Shown here: positions 34,239-44,509 of the stretch, in pieces | Layout of the letters: every line of letters starts with the position of its first letter | Numbering within the stretch: position 1 is the first letter of the stretch | Assembly (NCBI GenBank): GCA_963833225.1 | Contig: CAWHXD010000008.1 | Span: 985,947 to 1,049,946, forward strand | Direction of reading: 5' to 3' | Source: an uncultured Chloroflexia bacterium | GTDB lineage: Bacteria; Chloroflexota; Limnocylindria; Limnocylindrales; CSP1-4 | DNA length: 64,000 nt | The notes under the pieces: model-generated | The model's input: the letters and a program-made list of their open reading frames with translations, nothing else | Told to the model about the DNA's origin: nothing | Databases searched by the model: none | Made by a program: the position numbers and the translations under genes

Positions 34239-35501
34239 CTACCCGCCCAGGGTGGCGTGGGGCCAGCTGACCGCGAACCGGGCGCCGCCCAGCGGCGAGA
34301 CCGACACCGCCCACCGGCCGCCCGTCGCGCGGACGATCGCGTCGCCGATCGCGAGACCGAGGCCCGCTCCGTCTGCGACGGACGAGGTCACGACGGACCG
34401 GTGGAAGCGGTCGAAGATTCGCTCCCTGTCCTCGTCGCCGATCCCCGGACCGGAGTCGTCGACCGCCAGCGTGGCCCGCCCCGCGGCGTCGGCTCCGACG
34501 GTCACCTCGACCCGTCCCGACTCCTCCGCGTACTTGCAGGCGTTGTCGACGAGCACGCCGACCAGGCGGTCGAGGAGCTCGGGCGGGGCGGCGACGATCA
34601 CCGGGTGCGACGGACCGTTGACGACCAGGCCGAGGTGCCGGGTCTCGGCGATCGCGGCAAACCGGTCCACCGACTGGCGCGCGAGCGTGACCAGGTCCAC
34701 CGAGTCCGCGGCCCGCGGTGTCGCGGCGGCATCGAACCTGGCCAGCCACAGCATGTCCTCGAGCAGCCGGCGCATCCGCTTGGACTCGCGGTCGATCTTC
34801 CCGAACGCGCTCCGGTACCAGGCGGCGTCCCGTTCCGCGGCGAGCGCCAGGGAGGTGTGCGCCTCGATCACGGACAGCGGCGTGCGCAGCTCATGGGAGG
34901 CGTCAGCCGTGAACTCCAGCTGCCGCCGACGGGCCGCCTCGATGGGCGCGGCGACACGGCGGCCGATGAGCACGGCGCCCACGAACACGCCGGCGAGGAG
35001 CAGTGGTGCGATCAGCAGCGAGCCGACGACGATCGTGCGCTGCGCATCGCCAACGAAGGCCAGCGACTGGGCCACGACCACCTTGCTGGTGCCCACGGAC
35101 GTCCCCGCGATCCGGACGCTGGTGTCGCCGATGGCGGCCGTGACCGGGTCCGTCACCCCCCGGAGCTCCTCGGGCAGGTCGGGCATCCCGCTCTGCGCGA
35201 GGATCGTGCCGTCCTCCTGGATCGTCCATACGAGGACGCGGAACGCGAGCGGCCGCCCGGGGTCCTCACCGGGGTTGAAGCCGCCCGCGGGCGGCCGGAA
35301 GTCACCGCCGCCGGGGGCGCCAGCCTTGCCCGGCAACCGGTTGAAGGCCTGGGTGATGCGCTGGTCGATCTGGCCGGTCAGGTCGACGGTCGCATAGCCA
35401 ATGACAGCTGCGGTGACGATCGCGTAGATGACACCCACGATGAGCGTCGCCGAGATCGCGACCCGGATGGACTGGCGGCGGACGGCCGGGACGTGGCTCA
35501 T
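34239..35501 (-). CDS. Sensor histidine kinase
   Basis: 2 TM; DASHELRTPL; LVDNACKY; DDSGPGI; GAGLGLAI. Confidence 0.95.
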   Translation of the reverse strand: MSHVPAVRRQSIRVAISATLIVGVIYAIVTAAVIGYATVDLTGQIDQRITQAFNRLPGKAGAPGGGDFRPPAGGFNPGEDPGRPLAFRVLVWTIQEDGTILAQSGMPDLPEELRGVTDPVTAAIGDTSVRIAGTSVGTSKVVVAQSLAFVGDAQRTIVVGSLLIAPLLLAGVFVGAVLIGRRVAAPIEAARRRQLEFTADASHELRTPLSVIEAHTSLALAAERDAAWYRSAFGKIDRESKRMRRLLEDMLWLARFDAAATPRAADSVDLVTLARQSVDRFAAIAETRHLGLVVNGPSHPVIVAAPPELLDRLVGVLVDNACKYAEESGRVEVTVGADAAGRATLAVDDSGPGIGDEDRERIFDRFHRSVVTSSVADGAGLGLAIGDAIVRATGGRWAVSVSPLGGARFAVSWPHATLGG

Positions 35502-35503
35502 GG

Positions 35504-36172
35504 TCACTCTGGCTCAATCCGGTAGCCGGCGCCCCGGACGGTCACGATGCGCAGGCCGGCGTCCGGGAGCTTGCCCCGCAGCCGGGACAGCTGGACGTCG
35601 ATGGCGTTGGACCCCAGCGGTTCGGTCTCGTCGGCCCACGCGTGCTCCGCGATGGCCTTGCGATCCACCACGGCGGGCATCCGCCGCAGCAGCAGCTCCA
35701 GGATCCGGTACTCGGTGGCGGTGAGGGACCGTTCCGCGTCGCCCACCATGACCAGGCGGGTGACGGGGTCCAGCGAGAGCCGGCCGCAGCGCAGGACGGG
35801 CTGGTCCACGCCACGCGGCCGTCGCTGGAGGGCGCGCACGCGCGCCAGCAGCTCGCCGAAGTCGAATGGCTTGACCAGGTAGTCATCTGCGCCGGTGTCC
35901 AGGCCGCGGATGCGGTCCTCGGGCGTGTCGCGAGCCGTGAGCATCAGCAGCGCCGTGGGCCGGTCGTGCCTGCGGACCCACGAGACCACGTCAATGCCCT
36001 CGGCGCCGGGCATTCGCCAATCGATCACGGCCACGTCGTACTCGTACCACCGGAGCTGGTCGATGGCGTCGTCGCCCCGGTCCACCGCATCGACGTGGTA
36101 GCCGGCATCGGCGAGGCCAAGGACCAGCACCTCCCGCAGGCCCTCGTCGTCCTCGGCCACCAGGATCCTCAT
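35504..36172 (-). CDS. OmpR/PhoB family response regulator
   Basis: MRILVAEDD; DWRMP; GADDYLVKPF; IVTVRGAGYR. Confidence 0.95.
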   Translation of the reverse strand: MRILVAEDDEGLREVLVLGLADAGYHVDAVDRGDDAIDQLRWYEYDVAVIDWRMPGAEGIDVVSWVRRHDRPTALLMLTARDTPEDRIRGLDTGADDYLVKPFDFGELLARVRALQRRPRGVDQPVLRCGRLSLDPVTRLVMVGDAERSLTATEYRILELLLRRMPAVVDRKAIAEHAWADETEPLGSNAIDVQLSRLRGKLPDAGLRIVTVRGAGYRIEPE

Positions 36173-36268
36173 GCCGTCCGTCTCCCTGCCCATGGTGATG
36201 CCTGCGAATGGTGCGGTGGCGTTTCTTGCGGACAGATGACGAAGAACGCCCGCGCCGCGCCGGGCACG

Positions 36269-36814
36269 TCAGCGGCCGGCGAGGATCGTCTCCAACTGCG
36301 CGTGGTGCCCCTCGAGGTGCGCCAGGATCATGCGCTCCAGCACGCGTTCCGCGGTCATCTCGCCCAGCCGCGGGTGGAGCCCCGTGGCGCTCCCCTCCCC
36401 TGGTTCGGCTTCGGCAAGCCGCTGCTCCCACCGGCCGATGCGGGCATCGATCCGCGCGAACAGCTCCCGGAGCGGGACGGTGCGGTCGCGGTCGATGATC
36501 GCCTGGCGCACGATGTCACCGGTGTTGCGGCCAAATGGCACCCCGTCGCCCGGGCTGCGGCCGGCTTCGACGATCCGCTCGTACTCCCCGAGCCAGAACG
36601 GCAGCATCTCCCCGAGATGGGCGAGGACCTCGAGCGGGCCCCACGCGGATTCGGGCCCACTGCCGCTGTCGATGGCGAGATCCCAGGGGCCACGGGCGGT
36701 GATGGGCTCCCGCAGGGCGGCAACGGCGGCGCGGAGGTCGCGGAGGCGTTCGATGGCCGAGACGTAGGGTCGGGAAGGCTGGCTATGCCACGAGTGTGGC
36801 CCGACCGCCACCAC
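36269..36814 (-). CDS. DinB family protein (start uncertain)
   Basis: WGPLEVLAHL..HPRLGEMT..HLEGHHAQL. Confidence 0.8.
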   Translation of the reverse strand: MVAVGPHSWHSQPSRPYVSAIERLRDLRAAVAALREPITARGPWDLAIDSGSGPESAWGPLEVLAHLGEMLPFWLGEYERIVEAGRSPGDGVPFGRNTGDIVRQAIIDRDRTVPLRELFARIDARIGRWEQRLAEAEPGEGSATGLHPRLGEMTAERVLERMILAHLEGHHAQLETILAGR

Positions 36815-36892
36815 CTGTCACCTCCAAAACCGCCGGTCGCTGCGGAGCGTACGGGTCCCTGTCCACTCCCCGACGAACCAGGAGAGTCATCG

Positions 36893-37409
36893 ATGCACAC
36901 CCGCCACGCGGCCGCCTCCCTGCTTGGGCTCACCGTGCTGCTCGCCGCCTGCGGCGCCGGCGGGTCGCCGACCGCGGCACCGGCCACCTTGGCTCCGCCA
37001 ACCCCCGCCCCGGCGACCCAGGCACCGACGTCGGCCCCGACCGAGGCACCGCCCGCCGCAATGGCCTCCGTCACGATCGCCGAGAACGCGCTGGGCAGCA
37101 TCCTCGCGGACGACACGGGCATGACGCTGTACGTCTTCCTGCCCGACAACGCGGGTGACCCGACCTGCTACGAGGCGTGCGCGAAGACCTGGCCGCCGCT
37201 CCTGTCCGACACCGCGCCTGCCGTGGGCGCCGGCCTGGACGCTGCCGCTTTCGGCACCGCCGATCGCACCGACGGGGGCAAGCAGGTCACCTTCAACGGC
37301 TGGCCCTTGTACGTCTTCGGCGGCGACAACGCCCCCGGCGACGTCAATGGCCAGGGACTCGGCGGCAACTGGTTCGTCATCAGGCGCGGATGGAACGATC
37401 GTGAAGTAG
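36893..37409 (+). CDS. Secreted lipoprotein with Y-X4-D (COG4315) repeats (frameshift near 37382)
   Basis: Lipobox LAAC; GMTLYVFLPD..CYEACAKTWPP..QVTFNGWPLYVFGGD..GQG..NWFV. Confidence 0.88.
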
Positions 37410-37535
37410 GTCTCGATCCTCCGCCGAACCCGCGTCCCAAGAGCGCGGTGGTTCGCCGATGCGGATCGCCGCGCTCCCCGCGTCCCGGGACAACGCAACC
37501 TGGCAACCGCTCAACGGGTTCCCCATCATGTGTCG

Positions 37536-38183
37536 ATGCCAGCGCCCGCCCTCGACGAACGCACGCTGCGGCACGCCGCCCATCTCCTCGGCGCACGGGA
37601 CCCAGGGCTCGCGGCCATCGCGGCGCGGTTCGGCACGCCGCCGCTGTGGGCTCGCGAGCCCGGGTTCCCGACGCTCGTCCACCTGGTCCTGGAGCAACAG
37701 GTGTCGCTGGCATCGGCGCAGGCGGCCTTCGACCGCCTGCTGGCGCGACAGGCCAACTGACCCCGGCGCCCGCTCCTGGGACTCGATGACGGCGAGCTGC
37801 TCGCGGTCGGGTTCAGCCGCCAGAAGGCCCGCTACGCACGGGCGCTTGCCGAGGCGGTCGCGGCCGGTGGCCTCGACCTCGCGGGCTGGCCGAGCTGCGG
37901 GACGAGGAGGTTGATCGCCAGCTCATCGCGCTGCCCGGGATCGGGCCGTGGACCGCGACCATCTACCGGCTCATGGTCCTGCCCGCCCGGACGCGTGGCC
38001 GGTCCACGACATCGCCCTCGCCCAGGCCATCGCGGAGACGCGCGGCCTGGCAGGCCGGCCGACGCCCGGAAGAGATGCTGGCGATCGCCGAGGGACTGGC
38101 GGCCGTACCGGGCGGTCGCCGCCCGGATGCTGTGGCACCACTACCTGTCGGTGCGCGCGGAGCGGCGCGCCGCCCGGGGCTAG
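37536..38183 (+). CDS. alkA: DNA-3-methyladenine glycosylase II (AlkA family), several frameshifts
   Basis: LVLEQQVSLASA; GFSRQKARY; LPGIGPWTA; DAWPVHDIAL; WRPYRAVAARMLW spread over frames. Confidence 0.85.
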
Positions 38184-39814
38184 GAACCCTTCCCCGACCC
38201 CGTCCGGCGGTCGCGGTCCTTGACGATCCGCTGGGCCGCGAGCTTGCCGGGCGCTCCGGTCACGCAGCCACCGGGATGGGTCCCGGACCCGCACTGGTAG
38301 TAGCCGTCGATGGGCGTCCGGTAGTCGGCCCAGCCGGGGGCCGGCCGGAACGAGAACATCTGCGGGGCGAGGAGCTCGCCGTGGAAGATGTTGCCCTCGG
38401 TGAGGCCTGCCACCCGCTCGATGTCGGCCGGCGTCACCACCTCGCGCTGCAGGACCAGGTCACCAAAGCCCGGGAAGAACGACTCCAGCGTCGCCTGCAC
38501 GGTGTCGCCCAGGCCCTGGCGCTGCGCCTCCCAGTCACCCTCGCGCAGCTGATACGGGACCCACTGGACGAAGCACGACATCACGTGCTTGCCCGGCGGG
38601 GCCATGTCCGGGTCGATCGTGCTCTGGATGGCGCAGTCGAGGTACGGGCGGGTGCTGTACCAGCCGTACTTCGCCTCGTCGTACGCGTGCTCGAGGTAGT
38701 CCAGCGACGGGCCGATGTTGGTGAAGCCGCGGTACTGGTCCTCCCGGCCGGCGAGCGCCGGGTAGACGGGCAGGCCGTCGAGCGCGAAGTTGACCTTGGC
38801 CGAGGTCCCCTGGAACCGGTAGCGGCGGATCGCGTCCACGAGATCGCTCGGGAGCTCCCTCGGGTCGACGAGCTCCATGAACGTGCGCCGCGGATCGAGC
38901 GCCGACACCACGACCGGGGCGTGATACTCGGACCCGTCCTGGAGCGCGACGCCGACCGCACGGCCGTCCTTGGTGATCACGCTGGCGACCGGCGATTCCA
39001 GGCGGATCTCGGCACCCAGCGCGGTTGCCGCGCGTGACAGGACCTGGGTGAACCCGCCGTTGCCGCCCTTGTGGAACGACCAGGCGCCCATGATCCCGTC
39101 GTGCTCGCCCAGCAGGTGGTAGAGCAGCACGAGGCCGCTCCCCTGCGACCTCGGGCCGACCTTGGTGCCGATGATCGCCGAGCTGGCGAGGTATCCCTTG
39201 AGGATGTCCGACTCGAAGTAGTTGTCGAGGAAGTCCGCGGCGGACCCCGTGAGCAGCCGGACCGCGTTGTGGAGCACGTCCTTGGGCAGGGCCTTGAACC
39301 GGGCGCCAAGGCCCGCGAGCGCGAGCAGCTCCTCCGGGTCGTTGCTGAACAGGTTGGGCGGCGGGGCGTCCATCAGCGGCTTGAACGCCTGGAGGACCTT
39401 GCCCAGGTCGTGGTCGAACCGGTCGTAGGCGTCCACGTCGTGGCGCGAGTGACGGGCGATCTCCTGCTGGTTGGCGCCGTGGTCCTGGCCCAGGAGCAGG
39501 TAGTCGCCGTTCTCCATGGGCGCAAACGTCGACGACATCAGCAGCGGCATGAAGCCATGCTTGACGAGGTCGAGCTCCTGCACGATGTCGGGGCGCAGCA
39601 GCGAGAGCGCATACGAGAACGTGGTGAACGAGAAGCCGGGTCGCAGCTCCTCGGTGATGGCCGCCCCGCCGACTCGATCCCGGCGTTCGAGCACGAGGAC
39701 CTTGAGGCCCGCCCTGGCGAGGTAGGCGCCGTTGACGAGCCCATTGTGGCCGCCTCCGACAACGATGGCATCGTAGGTGTGGTCGGTTCGATCCGTGCGA
39801 ACGGTCTTGGCCAT
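38180..39814 (-). CDS. FAD-dependent oxidoreductase, phytoene dehydrogenase-like (COG1233)
   Basis: DAIVVGGGHNGLVNGAYLA; GLTEGNIFHGEL; CGSGTHPGGCVTGAPG. Confidence 0.92.
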   Translation of the reverse strand: MAKTVRTDRTDHTYDAIVVGGGHNGLVNGAYLARAGLKVLVLERRDRVGGAAITEELRPGFSFTTFSYALSLLRPDIVQELDLVKHGFMPLLMSSTFAPMENGDYLLLGQDHGANQQEIARHSRHDVDAYDRFDHDLGKVLQAFKPLMDAPPPNLFSNDPEELLALAGLGARFKALPKDVLHNAVRLLTGSAADFLDNYFESDILKGYLASSAIIGTKVGPRSQGSGLVLLYHLLGEHDGIMGAWSFHKGGNGGFTQVLSRAATALGAEIRLESPVASVITKDGRAVGVALQDGSEYHAPVVVSALDPRRTFMELVDPRELPSDLVDAIRRYRFQGTSAKVNFALDGLPVYPALAGREDQYRGFTNIGPSLDYLEHAYDEAKYGWYSTRPYLDCAIQSTIDPDMAPPGKHVMSCFVQWVPYQLREGDWEAQRQGLGDTVQATLESFFPGFGDLVLQREVVTPADIERVAGLTEGNIFHGELLAPQMFSFRPAPGWADYRTPIDGYYQCGSGTHPGGCVTGAPGKLAAQRIVKDRDRRTGSGKGS

Positions 39815-39816
39815 GG

Positions 39817-41019
39817 TCACGCCGTCTTCCGCTGCGGGTTGTAGTGGGGCAGCCGCGCGGTGTGCGCGGCGACGTGGACGTACCGGTGGTTGATGGGGAT
39901 CTCCAGGTTCACCCTGGAGCCGGGCGTTGCCGACGCGACCGGCACCCGGGCGATCCCGACGTGCCGCTGGAGGACCGGCGAGTACAGGAAGCTCGTGGCG
40001 AACCCCACCTGGGCGCCATCGTCGTCGTAGAGGAACATCTCCTCCTGGACCGGCGTGTGATCCATCGGCGGCATCAGGCCGGCCTCCTCGTGCAGGCGGT
40101 TCCAGTCGCGGTAGTCCACCACGATCCCGGTCGTCCGGAAGCGCGAGGTCTTGCCGGCGATCTCCCGGCGGATCGCCGCTCCGCCGATGAACCGGCGGTC
40201 GTCCGCGTCCACCCCGCGGAGCATCCAGCCGAGACCGAGCTCGTGTGGCGTGGCGCGGTCCGCGTCCGTCCACGCGAACCGGCTCGAGGCGAAGTCCACG
40301 TCGAGGAGCAGCAGGCCGGCCTCGATCCGGGTCATGTACAGGGCCTGCAGCCCGAACGGCATCACGCCGTGTCCGAGGCCTGACGCCCAGATCGCGTCCC
40401 ACACGGACAGCGCGTCTTCCGCCCGGCACCAGACCTCGAAGCCCAGGTCGCCGGTGAAGCCGGTGCGCGACACGTGGACGCGGTGCCCGTCGATCTTCGC
40501 CTTACGGTGCTCGAAGTAACCGAGCTTCCCGATCCCCGGGTCCAGCGCCGTGAGCATGACCCTGGCACGAGGGCCCTGGATCGACAACACGGCCCACGCG
40601 TCGGAGACGTCCTCGATCGCCACCTCGTCGCGTGGGCCCACGAGGTCCGCGAAGTAGGCGAGGTTCGGCTCGGCAGCGGTCAGCACGAAGTCGTCCGCGG
40701 CATGGCGGAGGAGCACGCCGTCCTCGACCAGGAAGCCCCGGTCGTCGCACCAGATCGTGTACTGGGCCTCGCCCGGCTTGAGCTGGCGGGGATCGCGGGC
40801 CAGCACGCCGGCGAGGAACCGCTCGGCGCCCGTCCCGCTGAAGCGGTACTTGAACAGCGGTGACGTGTCGAACAGGCCGACGGCGTTGCGGACGGCGAAG
40901 TACTCGAACTTCTCGGAGAGCTGGTACTTCTCGGCCGCCAACCGGCCTGCCCAGTGGCTCCACAGCCCCGTCTCGTTGAGCGCGGACGTGCGCTCGTGGA
41001 ACGGCGTGGTACGGATCAT
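39817..41019 (-). CDS. Aminomethyltransferase (GcvT-like) family protein
   Basis: EYFAVRNAVGLFDTSPL; SIQGP; SRTGFTGDLGFEVW; RIEAGL. Confidence 0.9.
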   Translation of the reverse strand: MIRTTPFHERTSALNETGLWSHWAGRLAAEKYQLSEKFEYFAVRNAVGLFDTSPLFKYRFSGTGAERFLAGVLARDPRQLKPGEAQYTIWCDDRGFLVEDGVLLRHAADDFVLTAAEPNLAYFADLVGPRDEVAIEDVSDAWAVLSIQGPRARVMLTALDPGIGKLGYFEHRKAKIDGHRVHVSRTGFTGDLGFEVWCRAEDALSVWDAIWASGLGHGVMPFGLQALYMTRIEAGLLLLDVDFASSRFAWTDADRATPHELGLGWMLRGVDADDRRFIGGAAIRREIAGKTSRFRTTGIVVDYRDWNRLHEEAGLMPPMDHTPVQEEMFLYDDDGAQVGFATSFLYSPVLQRHVGIARVPVASATPGSRVNLEIPINHRYVHVAAHTARLPHYNPQRKTA

Positions 41020-41130
41020 CGGGACGCGCTCCTACCTCGGTGGACAGGTCGGCGCACCCTAGCGTGCGCGGCGCGCTGAGGCCAGCGGGTGTTGCCGCAG
41101 GCGCACCAGCGGCGCGGGCCGGCGGCGCGA

Positions 41131-41616
41131 TCAGGCGGTGACGAGCTCCTCGCCGGGCGCCTCGGACGTGATGCCCCAGCCACCGAAGATCGCCGTGCCC
41201 TCGAGGCGCACCGTCGGTGCTCCCTCCGGCGGATTGCCGTCGGGCCGGCTGTCGCCCGCGCCCCCGATGCCCACGAGATGCGGCTCGACTCGCCAGTCGT
41301 CGGGAACGATCAGGTTGCCGCCGCCGAACAGGGCACTGGTCCGCAGCGTGGCACCGGCTGGGTCGAGCGTCGCGCGGCGGAGGTCGAGCGTCCCGCCGCC
41401 AAACCAGGTGGTCACCGATCCGCCGCGAAACGCCGTGGCCTCGCTGCGGAAGTCGAGCGGCCCGAAGGTCACCACGAGGTCGATCTCGTCGGCGTCGGGC
41501 TCGGGCGTGGTGGCGTCGCGACCCATCAGCTTTGCGTAGACGACGGCGCCGACCACGAACACGAACCAGCCGAACAGGAGAAGGGAGGCGGCCCTGGCCG
41601 CGCGTCCGAGCATCAT
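41131..41616 (-). CDS. LiaF/DUF2154-like cell-envelope-related membrane protein
   Basis: N-terminal TM; FRGGSVTTWFGGGTLDLRRA; LIVPDDWRV; AIFGGWGI. Confidence 0.7.
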   Translation of the reverse strand: MMLGRAARAASLLLFGWFVFVVGAVVYAKLMGRDATTPEPDADEIDLVVTFGPLDFRSEATAFRGGSVTTWFGGGTLDLRRATLDPAGATLRTSALFGGGNLIVPDDWRVEPHLVGIGGAGDSRPDGNPPEGAPTVRLEGTAIFGGWGITSEAPGEELVTA

Positions 41617-41895
41617 CAGCACCCCGATCGAGGTCGGACGGCCGGGCGGCCGCCCGTTGTGTCCAGCATCGCCCCGAGGCTCCATCCCGTCCAGTCGCGC
41701 CGGGGCCAGCCACAGCCCTTGAGGGGTGATTCGCCACGGAACCCGATCGCCGGTATGGTCGGGCACGCAACTCGTGTTCGATGGGCGCCCCCGGTCGGCG
41801 CCCCGGCCCCGCAAGCGGCCGCTTGATCCCGATCCCCATCACGCCCTGACCGGAGCCCGCACGCGGGCCAGGGGCCCGTCAGGAGCGTCCTTTCC

Positions 41896-43623
41896 GTGTC
41901 CTTCTCCACACTCGGGCTGTCGCCCGAGCTCCTTCGTGCCGTGGAGGACGAGGGGTATACAACCCCGACCCCCGTCCAGCTCGCCGCGATCCCCCTCGTG
42001 CTCGAGGGCCGAGACCTGCTTGCCGGAGCCCAGACCGGCACCGGCAAGACCGCGGCCTTCGTGCTGCCGATCATCCAGCGACTCCATGAGACCCGCGCCG
42101 ACGGACCTGGGCGCCACCCCGTCCGTGTCCTCGTCGTCGTGCCCACCCGCGAGCTCGCGATCCAGGTCGAGCAGAGCGTCCAGACCTACGGCGTCCACCG
42201 CTCCGTGCGCTCGGCCACGGTGTACGGCGGCGTCGGCTTCGGTCCCCAGGTGTCAAGGCTGCGTGCCGGGCCGGAGATCGTCGTGGCCACGCCGGGTCGT
42301 CTCCTCGATCACCTCGGCCAGGGGACGATCGACCTCTCGCACGTCGAGGTCCTCGTCCTCGACGAGGCCGACCGGATGCTGGACATGGGCTTCATCCGCG
42401 ACATCCGGAAGATCCTCGCCGTGCTCCCCAGGCGGCGGCAGAACCTGCTGTTCAGCGCCACGTTCTCGGACGAGATCCGGGGGCTTGCCTCGGGGCTGCT
42501 CGACAACCCGGCCTACGTCCAGGTCGCGCCGCGCAACGTGACGGTCGACCTGATCGACCAGCTGGTGATCCCCGTGGATCGGGAGCGCAAGCGCGACGTC
42601 CTGCGCGAGCTCGTCGCCCTCGGACGTGTCCGCCAGGCGCTCGTGTTCACCCGGACGAAGCACGGGGCCAACCGCCTCGCGGAGCAGCTCCGCAAGGACG
42701 GCATCGAGGCCGCGGCGATCCATGGCAACCGCAGCCAGTCACAGCGAGTCAAGGCGCTCGACGACTTCAAGGCGGGACGCGCTGACATCCTGGTCGCAAC
42801 CGACATCGCGGCCCGCGGCCTGGACATCGAGCAGCTCCCTCACGTGGTGAACTTCGAGCTGCCGATGGTGCCCGAGGACTACATCCACCGGATCGGGCGG
42901 ACGGGTCGAGCCGGTGAGACCGGCCAGGCGATCTCGCTGGTGTGCGTCGATGAGGCGCCCCTGTTGCGCTCCATCCAGGGCCTGCTCAAGCGGCAGCTGC
43001 CAACCGAGACGATCGCCGGGTACGAACCGGACCGAAGCATCCGGCCGGAGCCGATCCGGCTCCGGTCCACGCCGGCGGAGCGCCGCGAGATCGCGGCCCA
43101 GCGCGCCGTCAGGCAGGGCCGGCCCGGGGTTGGGACCGGTGGCAGGACCGCCGTGACCGCGGGCCGCACCGCAGCCCCGGCACGCCACGCGGGCGCGGCT
43201 CGCGAGGAGACCGCGGCGATCCACGCCCAGGCCGCCAGGAGCAACGACCAGCCCGGTGTGGCGCGTGGCCAGACCGGCGGCGGGCGCGGTCAGGGCGGAC
43301 GCAACCAGGGCGGCGGCCGGGGCCGGCGCCCTGGGCACGGCCGGGGTGCCGACCAGCGCGCGCCGGGCACGGGGTTCGGCAACGCCAGCCCGGGCTTCGT
43401 CGCCGGTGGCAGCCATGCACAGGCGCAGGCGTCAGGCCGCGGGCCCAGCCAGGGTGGCGGCGGCGGCCATGACGGCAACGCGAGGAACACCGGGGGTCAT
43501 CGCGGCCAGCCCGGTGGCCACCGCGGCCAGCCCGGTGGCCACCGCGGCCAAGCCGGCGGCCAGCGCGGCCAGGCTGGTGCGCCCCGTGCGCTGCCGGGTG
43601 AACGGATCCGGCACCTCGGGTAG
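41896..43623 (+). CDS. rhlE: DEAD-box RNA helicase, RhlE-like, with Gly/Arg-rich tail
   Basis: [46 protein letters not shown]. Confidence 0.9.
   Translation: MSFSTLGLSPELLRAVEDEGYTTPTPVQLAAIPLVLEGRDLLAGAQTGTGKTAAFVLPIIQRLHETRADGPGRHPVRVLVVVPTRELAIQVEQSVQTYGVHRSVRSATVYGGVGFGPQVSRLRAGPEIVVATPGRLLDHLGQGTIDLSHVEVLVLDEADRMLDMGFIRDIRKILAVLPRRRQNLLFSATFSDEIRGLASGLLDNPAYVQVAPRNVTVDLIDQLVIPVDRERKRDVLRELVALGRVRQALVFTRTKHGANRLAEQLRKDGIEAAAIHGNRSQSQRVKALDDFKAGRADILVATDIAARGLDIEQLPHVVNFELPMVPEDYIHRIGRTGRAGETGQAISLVCVDEAPLLRSIQGLLKRQLPTETIAGYEPDRSIRPEPIRLRSTPAERREIAAQRAVRQGRPGVGTGGRTAVTAGRTAAPARHAGAAREETAAIHAQAARSNDQPGVARGQTGGGRGQGGRNQGGGRGRRPGHGRGADQRAPGTGFGNASPGFVAGGSHAQAQASGRGPSQGGGGGHDGNARNTGGHRGQPGGHRGQPGGHRGQAGGQRGQAGAPRALPGERIRHLG
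43492..43575 (+). repeat. Four tandem 21-bp repeats encoding GG(H/Q)RGQ(P/A)
   Basis: ggtggccaccgcggccagccc-like units in the helicase tail. Confidence 0.85.
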
Positions 43624-43663
43624 CTCGCGGGCGCAGGCGAGCGTCCGCCCCTAGACTGCCACC

Positions 43664-44509
43664 ATGCCGCTGTACCGCCTCGAGGACCCCGTTCCCGCCT
43701 TCGACGCGCCGGTGGTCGTCGCCGCGTTCGACGGGTGGGTGGATGCCGGGTCCGCGGCCACGACCGCTCTGAACGTCATCGGCGAGGGCGCTCCGATCAT
43801 CGCGCGCTTCGATCCCGATGAGCTGTTCGACTACCGTGCCCGGCGGCCCACGCTCGAGATCCGGGACGGCCGGCTCGCCTCGATGGCGTGGCCGGAGATC
43901 ACGCTGCGGGCGGCACGGTTCGGGAGCCGCGACGTCCTGGTGTTCTCCGGTGCCGAGCCGGATGACCGCTGGCGAGAGCTCGCCGGAGACACGATCGCGC
44001 TGCTCCGCCGGCTCGATGTCCGGCAATGGATCAGCCTGGGCTCGATTCCGGCCGCCGTCGCCCACACTCGCCCTGTCCCCATCCTCGGCACGGCCTCGCG
44101 CTCGGGGCTCCTGAGGGGTGGCGTGAGCCCCGGTCCCACGGGCCTGCTCAAGGTCCCGGCGGCCGCGCTGTCGATGCTCGAGATGACCGCCACCGAGTCG
44201 GGCATCGAGGCCGTCGGGTACTTCGCCCAGATCCCGCACTACGTGACCGGCACGTATGCCCTCGCGAGCCTCGAGCTCGTCAAGATCCTGGAGCAGCACC
44301 TTGAGGTCAGCCTGCCCCGCGGCGACCTGGACGAGGAAAGCCGCCTCCTCCGGCTCAGGCTCGACGCCGCGACCGCGGCCGACGAGACGACGCGTGCATA
44401 CGTCGAACGCCTCGAGTCCATGGTGGACGAGGCGCGCCAGCCGGCCGGTGACGACCTGATCGCGGACATCGAACGATTCCTGCGCGATCGAAGCGGCGAC
44501 GGCGCGTAG
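43664..44509 (+). CDS. PAC2 (proteasome assembly chaperone) family protein
   Basis: AAFDGWVDAGSAA; LFDYRARRP; GAEPDDRW; VAHTRP; AQIPHY. Confidence 0.9.
   Translation: MPLYRLEDPVPAFDAPVVVAAFDGWVDAGSAATTALNVIGEGAPIIARFDPDELFDYRARRPTLEIRDGRLASMAWPEITLRAARFGSRDVLVFSGAEPDDRWRELAGDTIALLRRLDVRQWISLGSIPAAVAHTRPVPILGTASRSGLLRGGVSPGPTGLLKVPAAALSMLEMTATESGIEAVGYFAQIPHYVTGTYALASLELVKILEQHLEVSLPRGDLDEESRLLRLRLDAATAADETTRAYVERLESMVDEARQPAGDDLIADIERFLRDRSGDGA

Noticed and set aside
35642-37789. 715-aa ORF
   Set aside because: An antisense shadow joined to the real lipoprotein (36893-37409) and a frameshift read-through
37536-38183. alkA (and cfa, osmC, VOC) as pseudogenes
   Set aside because: All motifs are intact across frames; sequencing error is the simpler explanation
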